Shown here: positions 38,721 through 55,729 of the stretch, piece after piece
How the letters are laid out: each line of letters opens with the position of its first letter
Numbering within the stretch: position 1 is the stretch's first letter
DNA from: Tubiluchus corallicola
Lineage: Eukaryota > Animalia > Priapulida
Assembly: GCA_030141605.1 (NCBI GenBank)
Contig: JAQGDQ010000817.1
Location: 28,520 to 92,519 of the forward strand
Length of the DNA: 64,000 nucleotides
Direction: 5' to 3'
Notes under the pieces: generated by a model
Told to the model about the DNA's origin: nothing
Databases searched by the model: none
Seen by the model: the letters and a program-made list of their open reading frames with translations, nothing else
Translations under genes and position numbers: made by a program

Positions 38721-41327
38721 ATGAGGTAAGGGATTTGCTATATAATGGATTTACTGTATGCTATTCGATAATAATCATTTTCGACATCAACGTTATTATC
38801 ATTGTCCTAAAGTATGGCAGCTCCTTAAGTCGCTGTCGCGGGTTGCATGGTTGTGATTTGTGCATCTGATTTTCTTGTGTCTTGTTAGCACTGGTTGCTC
38901 CAGAATTTTTAACTTTTTATTTGTGCATTATTATTTTGTTAAAATTACAAATAAAATTCAATTATATTGAATTCTCGTCGTCATCACTTTTTATTCTTTT
39001 TTTAAATGTTGTTGATTTGTCTTCTTTTCAGAATTTCTCTCAAAGCTATTTTGCTATTTTCGTTTTATTTGGTAAGTATCACTTTGTTTGTTATCATGTT
39101 TGTTTGCTCCTGTGTTTACTCGATGGATATTTCAAAGCATCGGATGTAAAAGTAAATAAATAATGCTACCGGCTGGCTGGTTGGTTGATTGGTTGATTGG
39201 TCGACTGGTTGGTTGGTTGGTTGGTTGGTTGGTTGGCTGGCTGGCTGGCTGGCTGGCTGGTTGGTTGATTGGCTGGTTGGTTGGTTGGTTGGTTGGTTGG
39301 TGGGTGGGTGGGTTGGTTGGTTGGTTGGTTAGTGAGTTGGTTGGTCAGTGAGTTGGTTGGTTGGTTGGTTGGTTGGTTGGTTGGTTGGTTGGTTGGTTGG
39401 TTGGTTGGTTGGTTGGTTGGTTGGCTGGCTGGCTGGCTGGCTGGCTGGTTGGTTGGTTGGTTGGCTGGCTGGTTGGTTGGTTGGTTTGTTGATTGTGCAT
39501 TGGTTGATTGGTTGGTTGGTTGGTTGGTTGGTTGGTTGGTTGGTTGGTTGGTTGGTTGGTTGGTTGGTTGGTTGGTTGGTTGGTTGGTTAGTGAGTTGGT
39601 TGGTTGGTTGGTTAGTTAGTTGGTTGTAAACGATCACTAGGAAGAGAAATTACAGCCGTAGAAATAACCATAATTGCTAAAAATCTTTTGCAGGGCCAAC
39701 CGTCCATGCTGTTGTCATCGTCAGCATACGAATATTACCAACATGACAATGATTTGCGGGTTTGGCTTGGTAACACTTTTTAATCAAGTAGTTTATAAAT
39801 GAATTTTTCTGTTAAGCTTGTACACAAATTTAAAACTGTGTTTCGGTGTAACATCACGTAAATGTAGTGTAAATAATTGCTTATTCGCGAGAAAAACAAA
39901 CTCTATTTGGCGATATGCTGTTGTTTAAGTTAATTTGATATGCACAATAGCACTAAGCACAAACATGAATAGCTCTAATTGAGATCGGACTATTGTTAAT
40001 TGTGAAGTTGGTATAGCTAAGTAGGAAGAGCTATATGTTTGGTATTGGTACTTTGGTATTTCACGATGAAAACATCGATGACAAAAATCTAAAAGCCTTT
40101 CTCCACACTGATACTACAAGATCTATAAAAATCGAAGTTTAAGTGTGTGCAGTGACAACTAAAATTGTGGTACGACAGCTAAAATTCGGAGTTATTTGAT
40201 ACATGTAATGCATTCTGTTTATAGACTGCGGATCTGAGGAAGCGTCCTGTGAGCAATTTGGTCTGAAGCATGTAAAGACTTCTATGGATAGTGACGAAAC
40301 AGGCTGTGATCCTAGCGAGGAAAGAATTCTTTGTGAATCTCCACCAGCACCAAATGTTTTAGTCAACACTCCTGCGAATACTCTTTCTGTGTTATCCTAC
40401 AACGTTTACGAAATTCCCAGCTGGGCATTTCACAGCGGGCAGAGGGAACGGACATGCCGCATTCCGAAATTAATCGCAGAATGGTGGCCGTACCTTGACG
40501 TCATCGTTTTGCAAGAGCTGTGGATGGGTGGATGTTTTGCTGATTCAATGGGAGCCAGGCAGAATAATCTCACTGGAAGAGCCTTATTGAAGCAACATGG
40601 TTTCCCATACGCCACTGAAACAGTTGGTCCCGTTAGTAAGCCACCTGAGAGTCTAGGGACCTTGATGAATGGTGGCATTATGATTGCCTCAAAGTGGCCA
40701 ATCTTGACGGCAAAGTACCACATCTTTGATGCTAAAGATCCACTGGCTCTTGATGCTGTTGCACAAAAAGGTGTAGTTTATGCCAAGGTGGAAAAAACAG
40801 TAAGTGGGCGCAGTAAAATGTATCACGTTTTAGGTACGCATCTGGCTTATGGTGGCAGCAGTGACGTGCGATTGTACCAAACTCTGGAATTTCGACAATT
40901 TTATCGAACACTGGGTTTGCCCAGCAATGAACCCGTACTATTTGTGGGTGATTTTAATATGGACTTTATCAATCACCCAGAGGAGGTTCAAGAAATCAAC
41001 AAAATCCTAAAAATCACGTTCCCCCCGAACGTTGGTCCCGTACCCGTTACCCACAACAAGTCAAATGATCATGGCTATATCTACGGTGGTTCCAACTCGT
41101 GGATAGACTACGTGATGTACAGTGTTGATCATCAGAAGCCGGTAACGGCAACACAAGAAGCGTTTAGATTTCAGACTATTGAGCCGATGCATGTTTGTAT
41201 ATTTGCTTCACTAACACCTGGCCACATTTATCCAAATGAACCTGCCTGCACCATAGACAAATATATGCATGATTTGTCTGATCATTATCCTGTCATAGGA
41301 CGACTCGTTTTTCCTGATGAAAATTAG
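38721..41327 (+). CDS. Secreted sphingomyelinase C-like EEP phosphodiesterase (bacterial SMase/beta-toxin type), ~407 aa; exons 38721-38725, 39032-39071, 39694-39769, 40225-41327
   Basis: Phase-compatible GT-AG exons give [29 protein letters not shown]...; catalytic exon has [54 protein letters not shown]. Confidence 0.85.
39170..39625. repeat. (TTGG/CTGG)n tetranucleotide array in sphingomyelinase intron 2
   Basis: Direct reading. Confidence 0.98.
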
Positions 41328-42177
41328 TTACAGCAAAAATGATTCGTCCACATTAAGTATCCTCAGTGCAACATTAATTACATGATTTAGAACTTATTGA
41401 GAAATTATCAATAACTTCTAATACAATAATTGTTCTACAGTACTGTATCATGTATGGCACCAAAAATATGTGGCACTTTGAGAATTAACATTCCTAAAAA
41501 TCGCAACTGTTTTAAACAGTAACCTACTGGGACACGGCGCCAATTATTCGGAATTGCTCTTGATCAGTGACTCGCTAAATACAGTAAAGGCCTATTGGCA
41601 TGTTGGAAATGCCGAATGATTCTAGTCATGTAGTAAACTTGCAATATTAAATTTTATCATTTTAAAACGCAAATATACACATGCCTAATGATATGAACTT
41701 CTTCGTAGAGTACAGCGTATAACATTTTCATCCCAATTAACACAACGATAATGTACAGCATGCAAGTGACAATTTCGAGTACAAACACGCATATTTCAAG
41801 TTTTTTGTACTATGAAACTTGCTGAATCTACTGTTACGAGATAGTTTTGCTGCCACGAAATTTGCTGACCTGGCAAAGTAAAAGAGCCTTAAATAGCGTA
41901 TGTAAAACAACAGCCTACAACGACATCTAGGACTCCAACTTCCATAGGAACAAACAGCAAACATATTAGTGAAGCGAATAGAAGGATATAAATTATCATT
42001 AAAAACCAGTTATATTAAATGTACAAAAACCAAAATAAAACACACATTTAAAAATAAATTACGGCAGTTGCTATAGTTGCAAGTTGACTAAAAAAGGAAA
42101 CTGCGAGAAAGCTATTGAGTGAGACAATTGAGCAAGTAAAACATATTAAAGTAATAAATAATTGCAATACTATGCAC

Positions 42178-42500
42178 CTAAGTAAACACATACTCATTTT
42201 CTATATTCCAAGTTGCAGCTTTACACTTAAACGCAAATAGTGTTACTCTTTCCTTTACGTCACTAGGATGCTCATTCCATAATCGCGGAACCCGATTAAA
42301 GGGGGATGCGGCAAGTTGTGGGTTGCTGTTAAGTAACCGACGGCCTGAAAACTTGATGTTTTGGAAAAGGTCCACTGATGGTCAACTTGGTGGAAGAAAT
42401 GGTTATCAAGTGCTTTGAACTCAAATAATGAGAACGAATTTCGCCGCCGCTTTATTCCAAAAGCAACCAAACGATGGTTATAACCGGCCTGTTTCAACCT
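42178..42500 (-). mobile_element. CR1/L2-group LINE 3' relic
   Basis: PFNRVPRLWNEHPSDVKERVTLFAFK matches the FxxRxxRLWNxLP...FK ORF2 tail. Confidence 0.6.
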
Positions 42501-43714
42501 CAACTAGCAGGCAAATATCTGGTAGCCTTTCACTAGATCACTATCAAAATGATAATAATTGCGATCATTTTCACAGTCGCATCATAACGTCTTATTAATA
42601 CATTAATGGCTTCTACAGTAAATGTTTTAGTTAAAATTTTCAAAGTTTTTCTCTTTACGTTCAAGCTGAGAGATCACACCACAATAAATTTGGCCGAGTC
42701 GTCTAATCAAGCTTTGCTCTAGATTTCGTTGCCTAATGGCGCCATCCAGTAACAGAAAGGAACAACTGAAATAGTGTATGTTACATTCAGTTATTTCAGC
42801 AGCATGGGAACTATGTCATATTGATATTGCAGGTTTCTAGACTTTTTAAACCACACTTTTTAAAAAATATTAACATGCGTGTAAGTTTAGCTATGTACTT
42901 CGAATTAAGCTCAGACTCGAAATTTACATTTGCCAATTTGCACTATGGGTGACACATTTAACCTCTTTTAAGGCACAGAAAACCCTCAACTTACATAAAG
43001 CTTAAAAAATTCGTCTCGAAATTTTACACCACTTACAAACTCCCGCGATGACCGTTAGGCGCAGCCATTTCAATGGTAGGCCATTTGAAACACGTTTTGA
43101 TAACGCTAAGTAAAGTTTGTAAAAATAATCAGAGCATTCGTAGCATGCATGTTGCTAATTAAGTAAAATTTTAAATTACTGTATCTTGTCAATAAGATTA
43201 AAAATACGTTTTTGGCTAGTGAGTGGCGAATAACGGAGGATGAGTCAGCGACATTTTACCAAATGGCACACACATTTTAAATTATTAGTCTAGTTACATA
43301 AGTCTTTCCAGTAGGTAAGTGAAATGTTAGGTAATATAGATTTGCACGGAAAGTTTTTTGGATCATAATTTAACATTGCCTGTTCTTCCCCTGATTTAAG
43401 TGGCGTAGCGACGTCCTGTAATGGTGCCGTCGGAACAGTATTGTGGGAGATTTAAAATGAAAACAAACGAAAATTCCTTTCAACGCGAATACGATATGTG
43501 CATAAAATTGCTGTAAAGTAGTATAATTTTTTAAGGCGATTTTTCTGAAACCTGCTTCAGGTGCCCCTTTTCTTGTCCTTTAACACTCGTAGAAAACTTA
43601 ATTCAACTTTAGTAACAACGTGGTGGGCTTCAGGGCTTGTAAACTATTTGGTGATGCTAGATCAGTTTTATTAATAAATACTCTTAAACATCTATATTTA
43701 GACAAGTGCATATA

Positions 43715-45722
43715 CCGGGTGTCTCAAAAGTCACTATTACATATATATGTATATGCTTTTGTCAATCATGTATAAACGTATTTAAAATTTATATATAAGT
43801 AGAAAGGCCTGATACTAGAAACACACGCAGAGGTATAATAAATTAAATACACAAGGACTAGAAATATATACTAGTGTGTCAAGTATAGTTACAGAACAGA
43901 ACAGATAAAATCATAACTCAAAAATCTGTAATCATAATGCAAGAAATTTGCACACTATATGTATATAAAATTCAAAAAGTTATGTTACAGCTACGTATTA
44001 TAAAAAATAATGCAGATCAATTATATTATAATTGACAAATGCATGCACCGGATGTCTCAGCAGTTACTATCCACCATATATACTATATGCTGTTAAATCA
44101 TGTACTATCTATTTAACTTAAATTATTATGCTAATTTGTTCTGAACCTATTTTATAGAATCGTTTTTCTCATGCGTTGTTTGTGCTCTTGTATTATCTTT
44201 TTGTTTTTGTATGTTCTGTACTTAGTGTACGAATAAATAATAATATTATTAATAACTAGCCAAGCCCCGCAAAAAGAATTTTGCACATAAATGAACACAC
44301 AACCCACACCATACCACTCCACCACTCCACCACACCATCCATGGCACAGCACCCACAGCACAGCACCACCACCACACCACACAACCCACACCACATCAAA
44401 TTCACCACCTCACATGGTGATCATGATGCTGATGACGATGATGATGATGGCGGCAACGATGACGACACCTACATCACCAACACCAACAGCACAGCATCAC
44501 AACAAAACCATTCCTAACATTTTCCACAAAGTCGAAACTGTGTGCTATAATAAATGCTCTTGGTCTCTTTAGCAATGATTAATAATGCGCGGACATTTCA
44601 AGTAGTTTTGTTTACCGCTTCTCACATGATAATAGGCCAACACAACTTACTTATATGTAAAATCTATACCACTGTAGAACAACGGGCGACAACAATGCCT
44701 GGAACAACCGCGAAATTTCTCAAACTCAAAGACAATGGATGTTCCAATTAGCGTGCAGCTTAGGGGGAGGGTTGAAAAAGAACTTTGAATTACACCCTTC
44801 CCGTTTCATCTAGTTGACCATTCTCGCAACAAAACTTTCAACATTTTATGGACCGTTTCGTCTTTTTTCTGCAGGTGCGCCTATTTTTTCCCAACATGCC
44901 CTACAGTTGCGCAAATTGAGTTTTTCTAGAGGCTGTTTGAGCAGTTTTCAGCAAAATTTGCGTGGTCGGGTCCGGAAAAATGCCCGTAGCGAGCACTGGT
45001 GGCCCTCCTGTGAAATCTAAATATGACTATTACACCCGCCGTTGAATGGGCTATTCAACCATTACCAGCACCGCCCTCGGTACGTTCCCGTTCTCTAGAA
45101 ATAAGAGGTATAAGTTTTGCAATGTTCTCCGAAAAACAGTCTACAAAGGGGGCTTTTGGAAGTTTTTTGCCACCCGTTCCTCCCGGTGGGCCCGATTCGA
45201 AAAATAAAACCACAATGGCAAATCTGTGTGTCCGGACCTTTCATTTGATGTATAGATTACCAAAAATGGTGCCGTCGTTGGAGCTGTAGCCTCGTCGGTT
45301 ATATATCCATATATTGTTTTATTGTTGAAATTGTAATTTTGTAATTTATTGTACATATATATATATTGTTCGAAAACACTAATAAATATGAAATACACAT
45401 GTTTCACTTTTTTCAAACCACATTAGCTAATGATTGGCACATGCATTTCCAACATCAGCATTTCAAACTAACTGTTTGCTCAACAGTCTCTAGTTATTAT
45501 TTTATGAGGTTCATGAAAGAGTCCTAATCTTGCTGCACAAACTTTTTTTAATGCAGTCTCACAACACGAAAGAATTGCAGAAAGGTAAATCTGTCAAATA
45601 TCTGCAGGCGCAGTCTGGAGGGGCCATGGTTTCCTATTTTGATTTCACACTAGACCTTTCCACAACTAGAAAAAAATTAAAAAACAGACTTCAGATGTAT
45701 AGTGACAATTTCTGAGACCCTG
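43715..45722. mobile_element. Non-autonomous Tc1/mariner-type element with nested repeats
   Basis: TA|CCGGGTGTCTCAAAAGTCACTAT ... ATAGTGACAATTTCTGAGACCCTG|TA imperfect TIRs with TA flanks; no transposase ORF. Confidence 0.6.
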
Positions 45723-46480
45723 TATATGTCCAATGATAAGCATTATGTTTAATGCGTGATTTTCGCATTGTAGTTTGGCAACTAGACCACAGCTCTACAT
45801 AGTAGGACACCATCAGTCACTGAAAAACTGAAAATTTATTTGGCAATTCTTTAATATACATTACGTACCTGTCTACAGAATAATATATTACACTGTATCA
45901 TATTGCTATGTAAGTTCCTGGTTGTGCGTGTACAGCTCTGCTGTAATCCTGTAATGTGATACATTAAGCTATTTATGTTCTTAGCTTACATTTGTGCGCT
46001 TCTGAATTTCCTTATTTAACAAGTACACTCGTAAATTCAATCCCAAACTTTGTTTACTTAGGAAGTGTCTGTTTCACCCCGGACCACTAGCAAGCCTTAA
46101 TACTTTGTTTATTTTCGTGATAATAAAACTCTTTATTATTAAAAAAAGTGATATTAATATAAATCATTTTAAGTATTGCAAACGTGAGTAGGTTTCCCAA
46201 AGATTAATTTAGCTTAGTTTAACGGCGTAATAAATTTCTTTCACTTGCGCAGAATAAGGTTTTTCCAGTTGTCCTTAGCCAAACATATTAAATGCATGAG
46301 GCGAGTTTCTTAAACATTGCGCTGTTGCTTGTAAACCTGCTAAAATTTTTGACGCTGGCTTTATTATTTATAGCCATTGGCAAATAAAACACGCCTCTTG
46401 GACGTACATATCAGTTTTAAGTAGTACAAAGGTTACATCCAGCTGGCTAGAAAGTACATTATACTTCTATACTTCTGACC

Positions 46481-48547
46481 ATGGCGGTTGTTTTTAACAT
46501 TTGCCTTCTTTTGGCTTCATTCTTAACAATTTGTCACCTGCATCCTGCAGCTCGAGAAGCTTCAGATGGTAAGGATGCGGGTGAGGGCACGATCAATAGA
46601 ACTGACTGTGAACCCGGCGCCACACCGCCACCTAATCGAGTCAACACAACAGTGCAGCTTAAAGATCTTCGCGATAAGATGACCAGCAAAACCTTGGCTG
46701 CCTATGTAGTTCCCAGTGCTGACGCGCATCAAACATCAGGCACTGGTCACGACAAACGGCTAGGCTTCATATCTGGGTACTCTGGATCTGCCGGAACAGC
46801 AGTAGTCACCCACGACGCTGCAGTGTTGTGGACGGATGGACGGTACACTACCCAGGCGGACCAACAACTAGACTGCAATTGGGACGTTATAGAGACTTAC
46901 GGTGATTATGTCACGACAGACAAGTGGCTTGCTGCGGTGCTGCAACCTGGTGATGTTGTTGGCGTCGATCCTAAGCTGGTTACATACAATTACTTCTTGA
47001 ACCTGGAAACTAGTCTCGGAAAAAACGATATAGTTTTAAAATCGGAGAAAGATAATTTGATTGACGAAATATGGAAAGATCAACCTGCCGAATCAAAGGA
47101 AGATATTGTGGTGCATGATTTTAAATATACTGGTGAGAAGTGGGAGAACAAGATCAAAATAATTCGCGCCGATATAGATAACCTCGACGAAGGCACCAAT
47201 GAAATAATGATGATTGTGACAGAACTAGACGAGATAGCCTGGCTGTTGAATCTCAGAGGTGAGGACTTGCCATATTCTCCCGTGTTTTACGGCTACTTAA
47301 TACTGACTCCTAGCGAAATTCTTTTGCATGTCAAACCAACTTTAAGTTCGGAAGTTCTAGAACATTTGAATGTGGGCAACTGTACTGAACCAAATCCCGA
47401 TCGGGACTGCGTGGAGATCGGAAAGTACGAAGAGATATTCGACAAAATCGCAGAAGAGAGTAAAAATTATGATTTGACAGTCATTCCAACCAAAGCAAAT
47501 TATGCGGTTTATGAAGCTGTTCAAGGTAATAATACCCGCCTATTGGCAGAATCTCCTATCATTTACCGAAAAGCAGTAAAAAATGAAATAGAAATAGAAG
47601 GCATGAAGAAGTGCCACATACGCGATTCCGTTGCCCTGAGCAGATTTCTTGCTTTTCTGGAGAAAGAAATCGATAAAGGAAATTTGTGGGACGAGCTATC
47701 GGCTGAAAAAAAATTGGAAGAATTCAGAGCAGAAGAGGAAAATTTCAAAATGCTCAGTTTCCGCGCCATATCTGCTGTGGGACCTAATGGAGCTGTCATT
47801 CATTACCGATCAGAGAATTCGACAAATCGAAACATCACGAAAGACGAGATGTACCTCCTCGATTCAGGCGGCCAATATTACGAGTGCACGACCGACATTA
47901 CCAGAACTATGCATTATGGAAAACCAACTGACTTTCAAAAACAAGCCTACACGCGTGTCTTGATGGGTGCCATTGATTACGCTACCTTAGTTTTCCCGGA
48001 AACCGAGTACAGTTCTGTGGATGCGTTCGCAAGGTATCACCTTTGGAACTACGGACTTGATTACAAACATGGTACCTCGCATGGGGTAGGCGCGTATTTG
48101 TACATTCACGAAAACATTTACCCTGCTCGCTATCCGCGCACTCAACCTGGCTTGTTCATGTCTGATGAACCTGGCTATTACGACGTTGGTTCGTTTGGGG
48201 TGAGGTTGGAAACAATCATAAGTACCGTGAGAGCAGACACCCCAGAACAATTTGACGGCATTAAATTTATGACATTTGAACCCGCAACACTTGTACCATT
48301 TGAGCCGAAACTCATCGATCAATCACTGTTAACCGGGAGACATATTGACTGGTTAAATAAGTATAATAAGTTAACCCGTGATAACACTGGTAAACTACTA
48401 AAAGAAAGGGGAGATGACTTGGCCTATAGTTGGCTGGTGGCTAGAACGGGAGAAATTAAACTCTGTTCCAGTAGTAAAAGGCTCGTGTTTGGCGTCATCC
48501 CAATTTTAGTTGGTGCAGTATTTTCGATTTCTAACATTATTACCTAG
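46481..48547 (+). CDS. XPNPEP2: Xaa-Pro aminopeptidase, membrane/GPI type (XPNPEP2-like, M24B), 688 aa, single exon
   Basis: Signal peptide, VNTT..LKDLR, GSAGTAVVT, LWTDGRY, AWLLNLRG, metal ligands LDSGGQY..TTDITRT, HGTSHGVG..IHE, EPGYY..GVRLE; hydrophobic C-terminal tail consistent with a GPI signal. Confidence 0.93.
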   Translation: MAVVFNICLLLASFLTICHLHPAAREASDGKDAGEGTINRTDCEPGATPPPNRVNTTVQLKDLRDKMTSKTLAAYVVPSADAHQTSGTGHDKRLGFISGYSGSAGTAVVTHDAAVLWTDGRYTTQADQQLDCNWDVIETYGDYVTTDKWLAAVLQPGDVVGVDPKLVTYNYFLNLETSLGKNDIVLKSEKDNLIDEIWKDQPAESKEDIVVHDFKYTGEKWENKIKIIRADIDNLDEGTNEIMMIVTELDEIAWLLNLRGEDLPYSPVFYGYLILTPSEILLHVKPTLSSEVLEHLNVGNCTEPNPDRDCVEIGKYEEIFDKIAEESKNYDLTVIPTKANYAVYEAVQGNNTRLLAESPIIYRKAVKNEIEIEGMKKCHIRDSVALSRFLAFLEKEIDKGNLWDELSAEKKLEEFRAEEENFKMLSFRAISAVGPNGAVIHYRSENSTNRNITKDEMYLLDSGGQYYECTTDITRTMHYGKPTDFQKQAYTRVLMGAIDYATLVFPETEYSSVDAFARYHLWNYGLDYKHGTSHGVGAYLYIHENIYPARYPRTQPGLFMSDEPGYYDVGSFGVRLETIISTVRADTPEQFDGIKFMTFEPATLVPFEPKLIDQSLLTGRHIDWLNKYNKLTRDNTGKLLKERGDDLAYSWLVARTGEIKLCSSSKRLVFGVIPILVGAVFSISNIIT

Positions 48548-50983
48548 AATTTTTCTTTACTCGCTGACTTGCAGATTCTTTTATGCGCTCAAGTTTGTCT
48601 ATTGCTTCTATCAGAAAGCACAAACGTTCTAATTTAATACCAATTTATTTTCTGGTTTTCTGTGTCCTATCTGCAGGTTTTGGTAGCAAACAAATTAACT
48701 TTACAAATAAAGAATTTACTCACTTGGTTGATTTCGCAAATAGTGCCTGACACATTTTTGAAATTAATTAATTGGGAAAATGTTGTGATACGAATAGTGT
48801 ATGACGGCACTTGAAATATAGGATATTTTAAACTAGCGTAATAAATTCAGTCTGCAATACTGAACAGTTACATCATCGGCAGGCTATCTTTGTGGAAGCC
48901 TTGCGGACAATGTAGGTAACCTAAAAATTATGGAATAAAACTTATTTTTTAGATAATATCATTCTTGTAAACCTTATTAATGAAGTTAGTGTGTGGGCTG
49001 CAGCGGAGTTGTTCACACGCCAAATTAACAAATTAATTGATTACCTAATACCAATAAAGGCTATACTGATTGATGTGAAGCCGCAATGCTAGCTGAATAC
49101 TTGGTATTAAAACCGATACTTTTCCTGCGATGTGGGAGACCTTAAGTCGACGCAGTTAGCAGCAACAGATGATTCGTGCGAATGCGCGGTCATAATTTAT
49201 GAGCATGACCAATTGACCATGGCGATTAGTGAGCATGAAATATTTTAGTCTTGTCACAGCTATTACCTAAACATCTTAACACTACTTTAATGGGTGTCAG
49301 TTGTTTCACTGAGCGTATCAGTTTGTTGGTTATCTAATGACAACTAATTTTCAAATGATAATTGATTGGAATTAATTTTACTTAATTTTAAAAAATTGTC
49401 GGGATATCTATGTTACTCGGTTTCCTTCCCGAACATCATTTCTTTTCCCAACTGATGTAATTCTTTAAGCGTGGCGCCTACCAGGATCGAACACACGTAT
49501 CTGCACAAATATGTCAGCGCCCGTCGGGAGTAGTGTGGTAACAATGATTTTCGAAGGTAGTATACTACAACAAAATTTAGATAAGGGCCACTATATAAGT
49601 AGTTAGGCACCATAGTACTAGATAGGCTTTAACACCGAAGGTTAATTTGGAAATAGGTTTCAACACCCATGTCAGACTTAATATAGCTAAAATTTAATGG
49701 TGTTAGCACACATATCTGACTTGCAATTATTATCAAAAAATTCTGGAATGACAAATGTGTGCTAGGAGAGACACTTACTCTTGCTTTACATCCCCATATA
49801 CAGCGATGCCGGGTACCGTATCAACTTGTACCCCTCGCCATTTACCATGGTGCCACCTCGCCGTGTAATGGAGTTCAATGTACCGCGAGCATTAAACAGG
49901 AAACACGGTTTGGCGATAGTTTAGAGAAAATCACTGAGAGTCATTCTCAATATGAAAAACGCGAATCTGTCAAAATATATAAACACTTATGTTGCGGGTT
50001 TATCAATGTGTGAAACTGGGAAATGGATTGCGACATGGAGAGTCGCAATACATTTCAAAGTAAGTCATTAAAGATCAAATGTTAATTTTGGTGTTTACAC
50101 GCACTAGCGCAGCCATTCTGTCACTCATTTGGAATCAGTTTTGTGGTTTCTATTTAGGTCAAGCTCGTTTCGCACATCTGCTGCAAAGGGTTAAAATTCA
50201 TTCACCATATCAGTCTCTAATTAAAGAGCAAAGCGACTATACAAAACGCGAACTACTGATGAATAGATGTAGAAAGCAGTGAACACTCCCAGCCCCTACA
50301 TAGTGCTTCTGTAAAGCAGGGACTTTCTGTCCCTTTTCCGTAACTATTAAACAGTTCAAGGAGATTCACAGAAATATCCACGATCCAAAAAGTGTCCTAT
50401 AAATTTGTGGCGCAAAATGTGTGCAACGAATCAAGGAAGTAAACCCATAGCTTTGAAGATGCTCTCGGTAAGAGCCAATCCTTGATCAGGAAAAATTAAT
50501 GATGTGCATCTCAATAAACGCCCTACTTGAACCAATGTGTGGTCAGGCAGAGAAAGCGTTCGCTGAGAATACCTTATGCATACCTAATTACAGAGTATTA
50601 AAATTGTTCACTCTCCATGACGGTTGCTGACTTGGTTGATGCTGTTGACCTGGCTGCTGATAATCTCTCAACAAGTCTGCAAGGCGGAAATAGCAGCATG
50701 AGCGAGCTTTATGCTCAAAAAACTCAAAAATGTTTGGAAGAACTTTCGCTAAGTTACATATTAAATTTGATTTTTTTTTCATATTCTTATTAATTGAATA
50801 AAAATCGTTTGAGTAATCGGTACGTGAATCGATTGATGCAAAATTTAGAAAAGAATTTAATGCAAAGTTTGCTGCGTTGCAAGAAGTATTGTCGTTGAGA
50901 TTAACGCGTGGTCACGTCCATCTCATCATTTGTGTAAGGATAAAATATGCGAACTCCATTATTTGAGTATTGGTTGTTGGAAA

Positions 50984-55313
<4,330 letters not shown>

Positions 55314-55729
55314 TACCTGTTTGCAGTTGCATTGGTATTTTATGAAATAAAGTGATCGCTATAATAATTGCCCTGACGTTCTTTGTGGCGCCATTATGGT
55401 GGAAGTAGTTAGAGTACCTTTATATTTATGAAGTAGCGCTCAAATCAGCGCTATCTAGTGTCACCTCTGTGGACTTTTATCAATGTTGTCTACTAAGTCT
55501 ACTCCTAAAGAAGCCGAAGTTTAAAGAAACAACAAGATATAAAGGAATAACGTTCGACATAAAGTATAAAAAGTTTATTGTTCAATGTTTGTTTTAAAAA
55601 GCTGTCATAAAGTTAAAGGTTTTGCTATCGATTCTGTATCATCGGTCATATAGATATATCTCAAGTAGATACTAGCTAGTCATTCACCAAAAGTTCTTCC
55701 ATTCATGTAAAAATGCATGCTCTGGACAA

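Noticed and set aside
40225-41327. Bacterial contamination as the source of the sphingomyelinase
   Set aside because: Embedded among animal genes and repeats, joined to phase-compatible spliceosomal exons, with no operon context.
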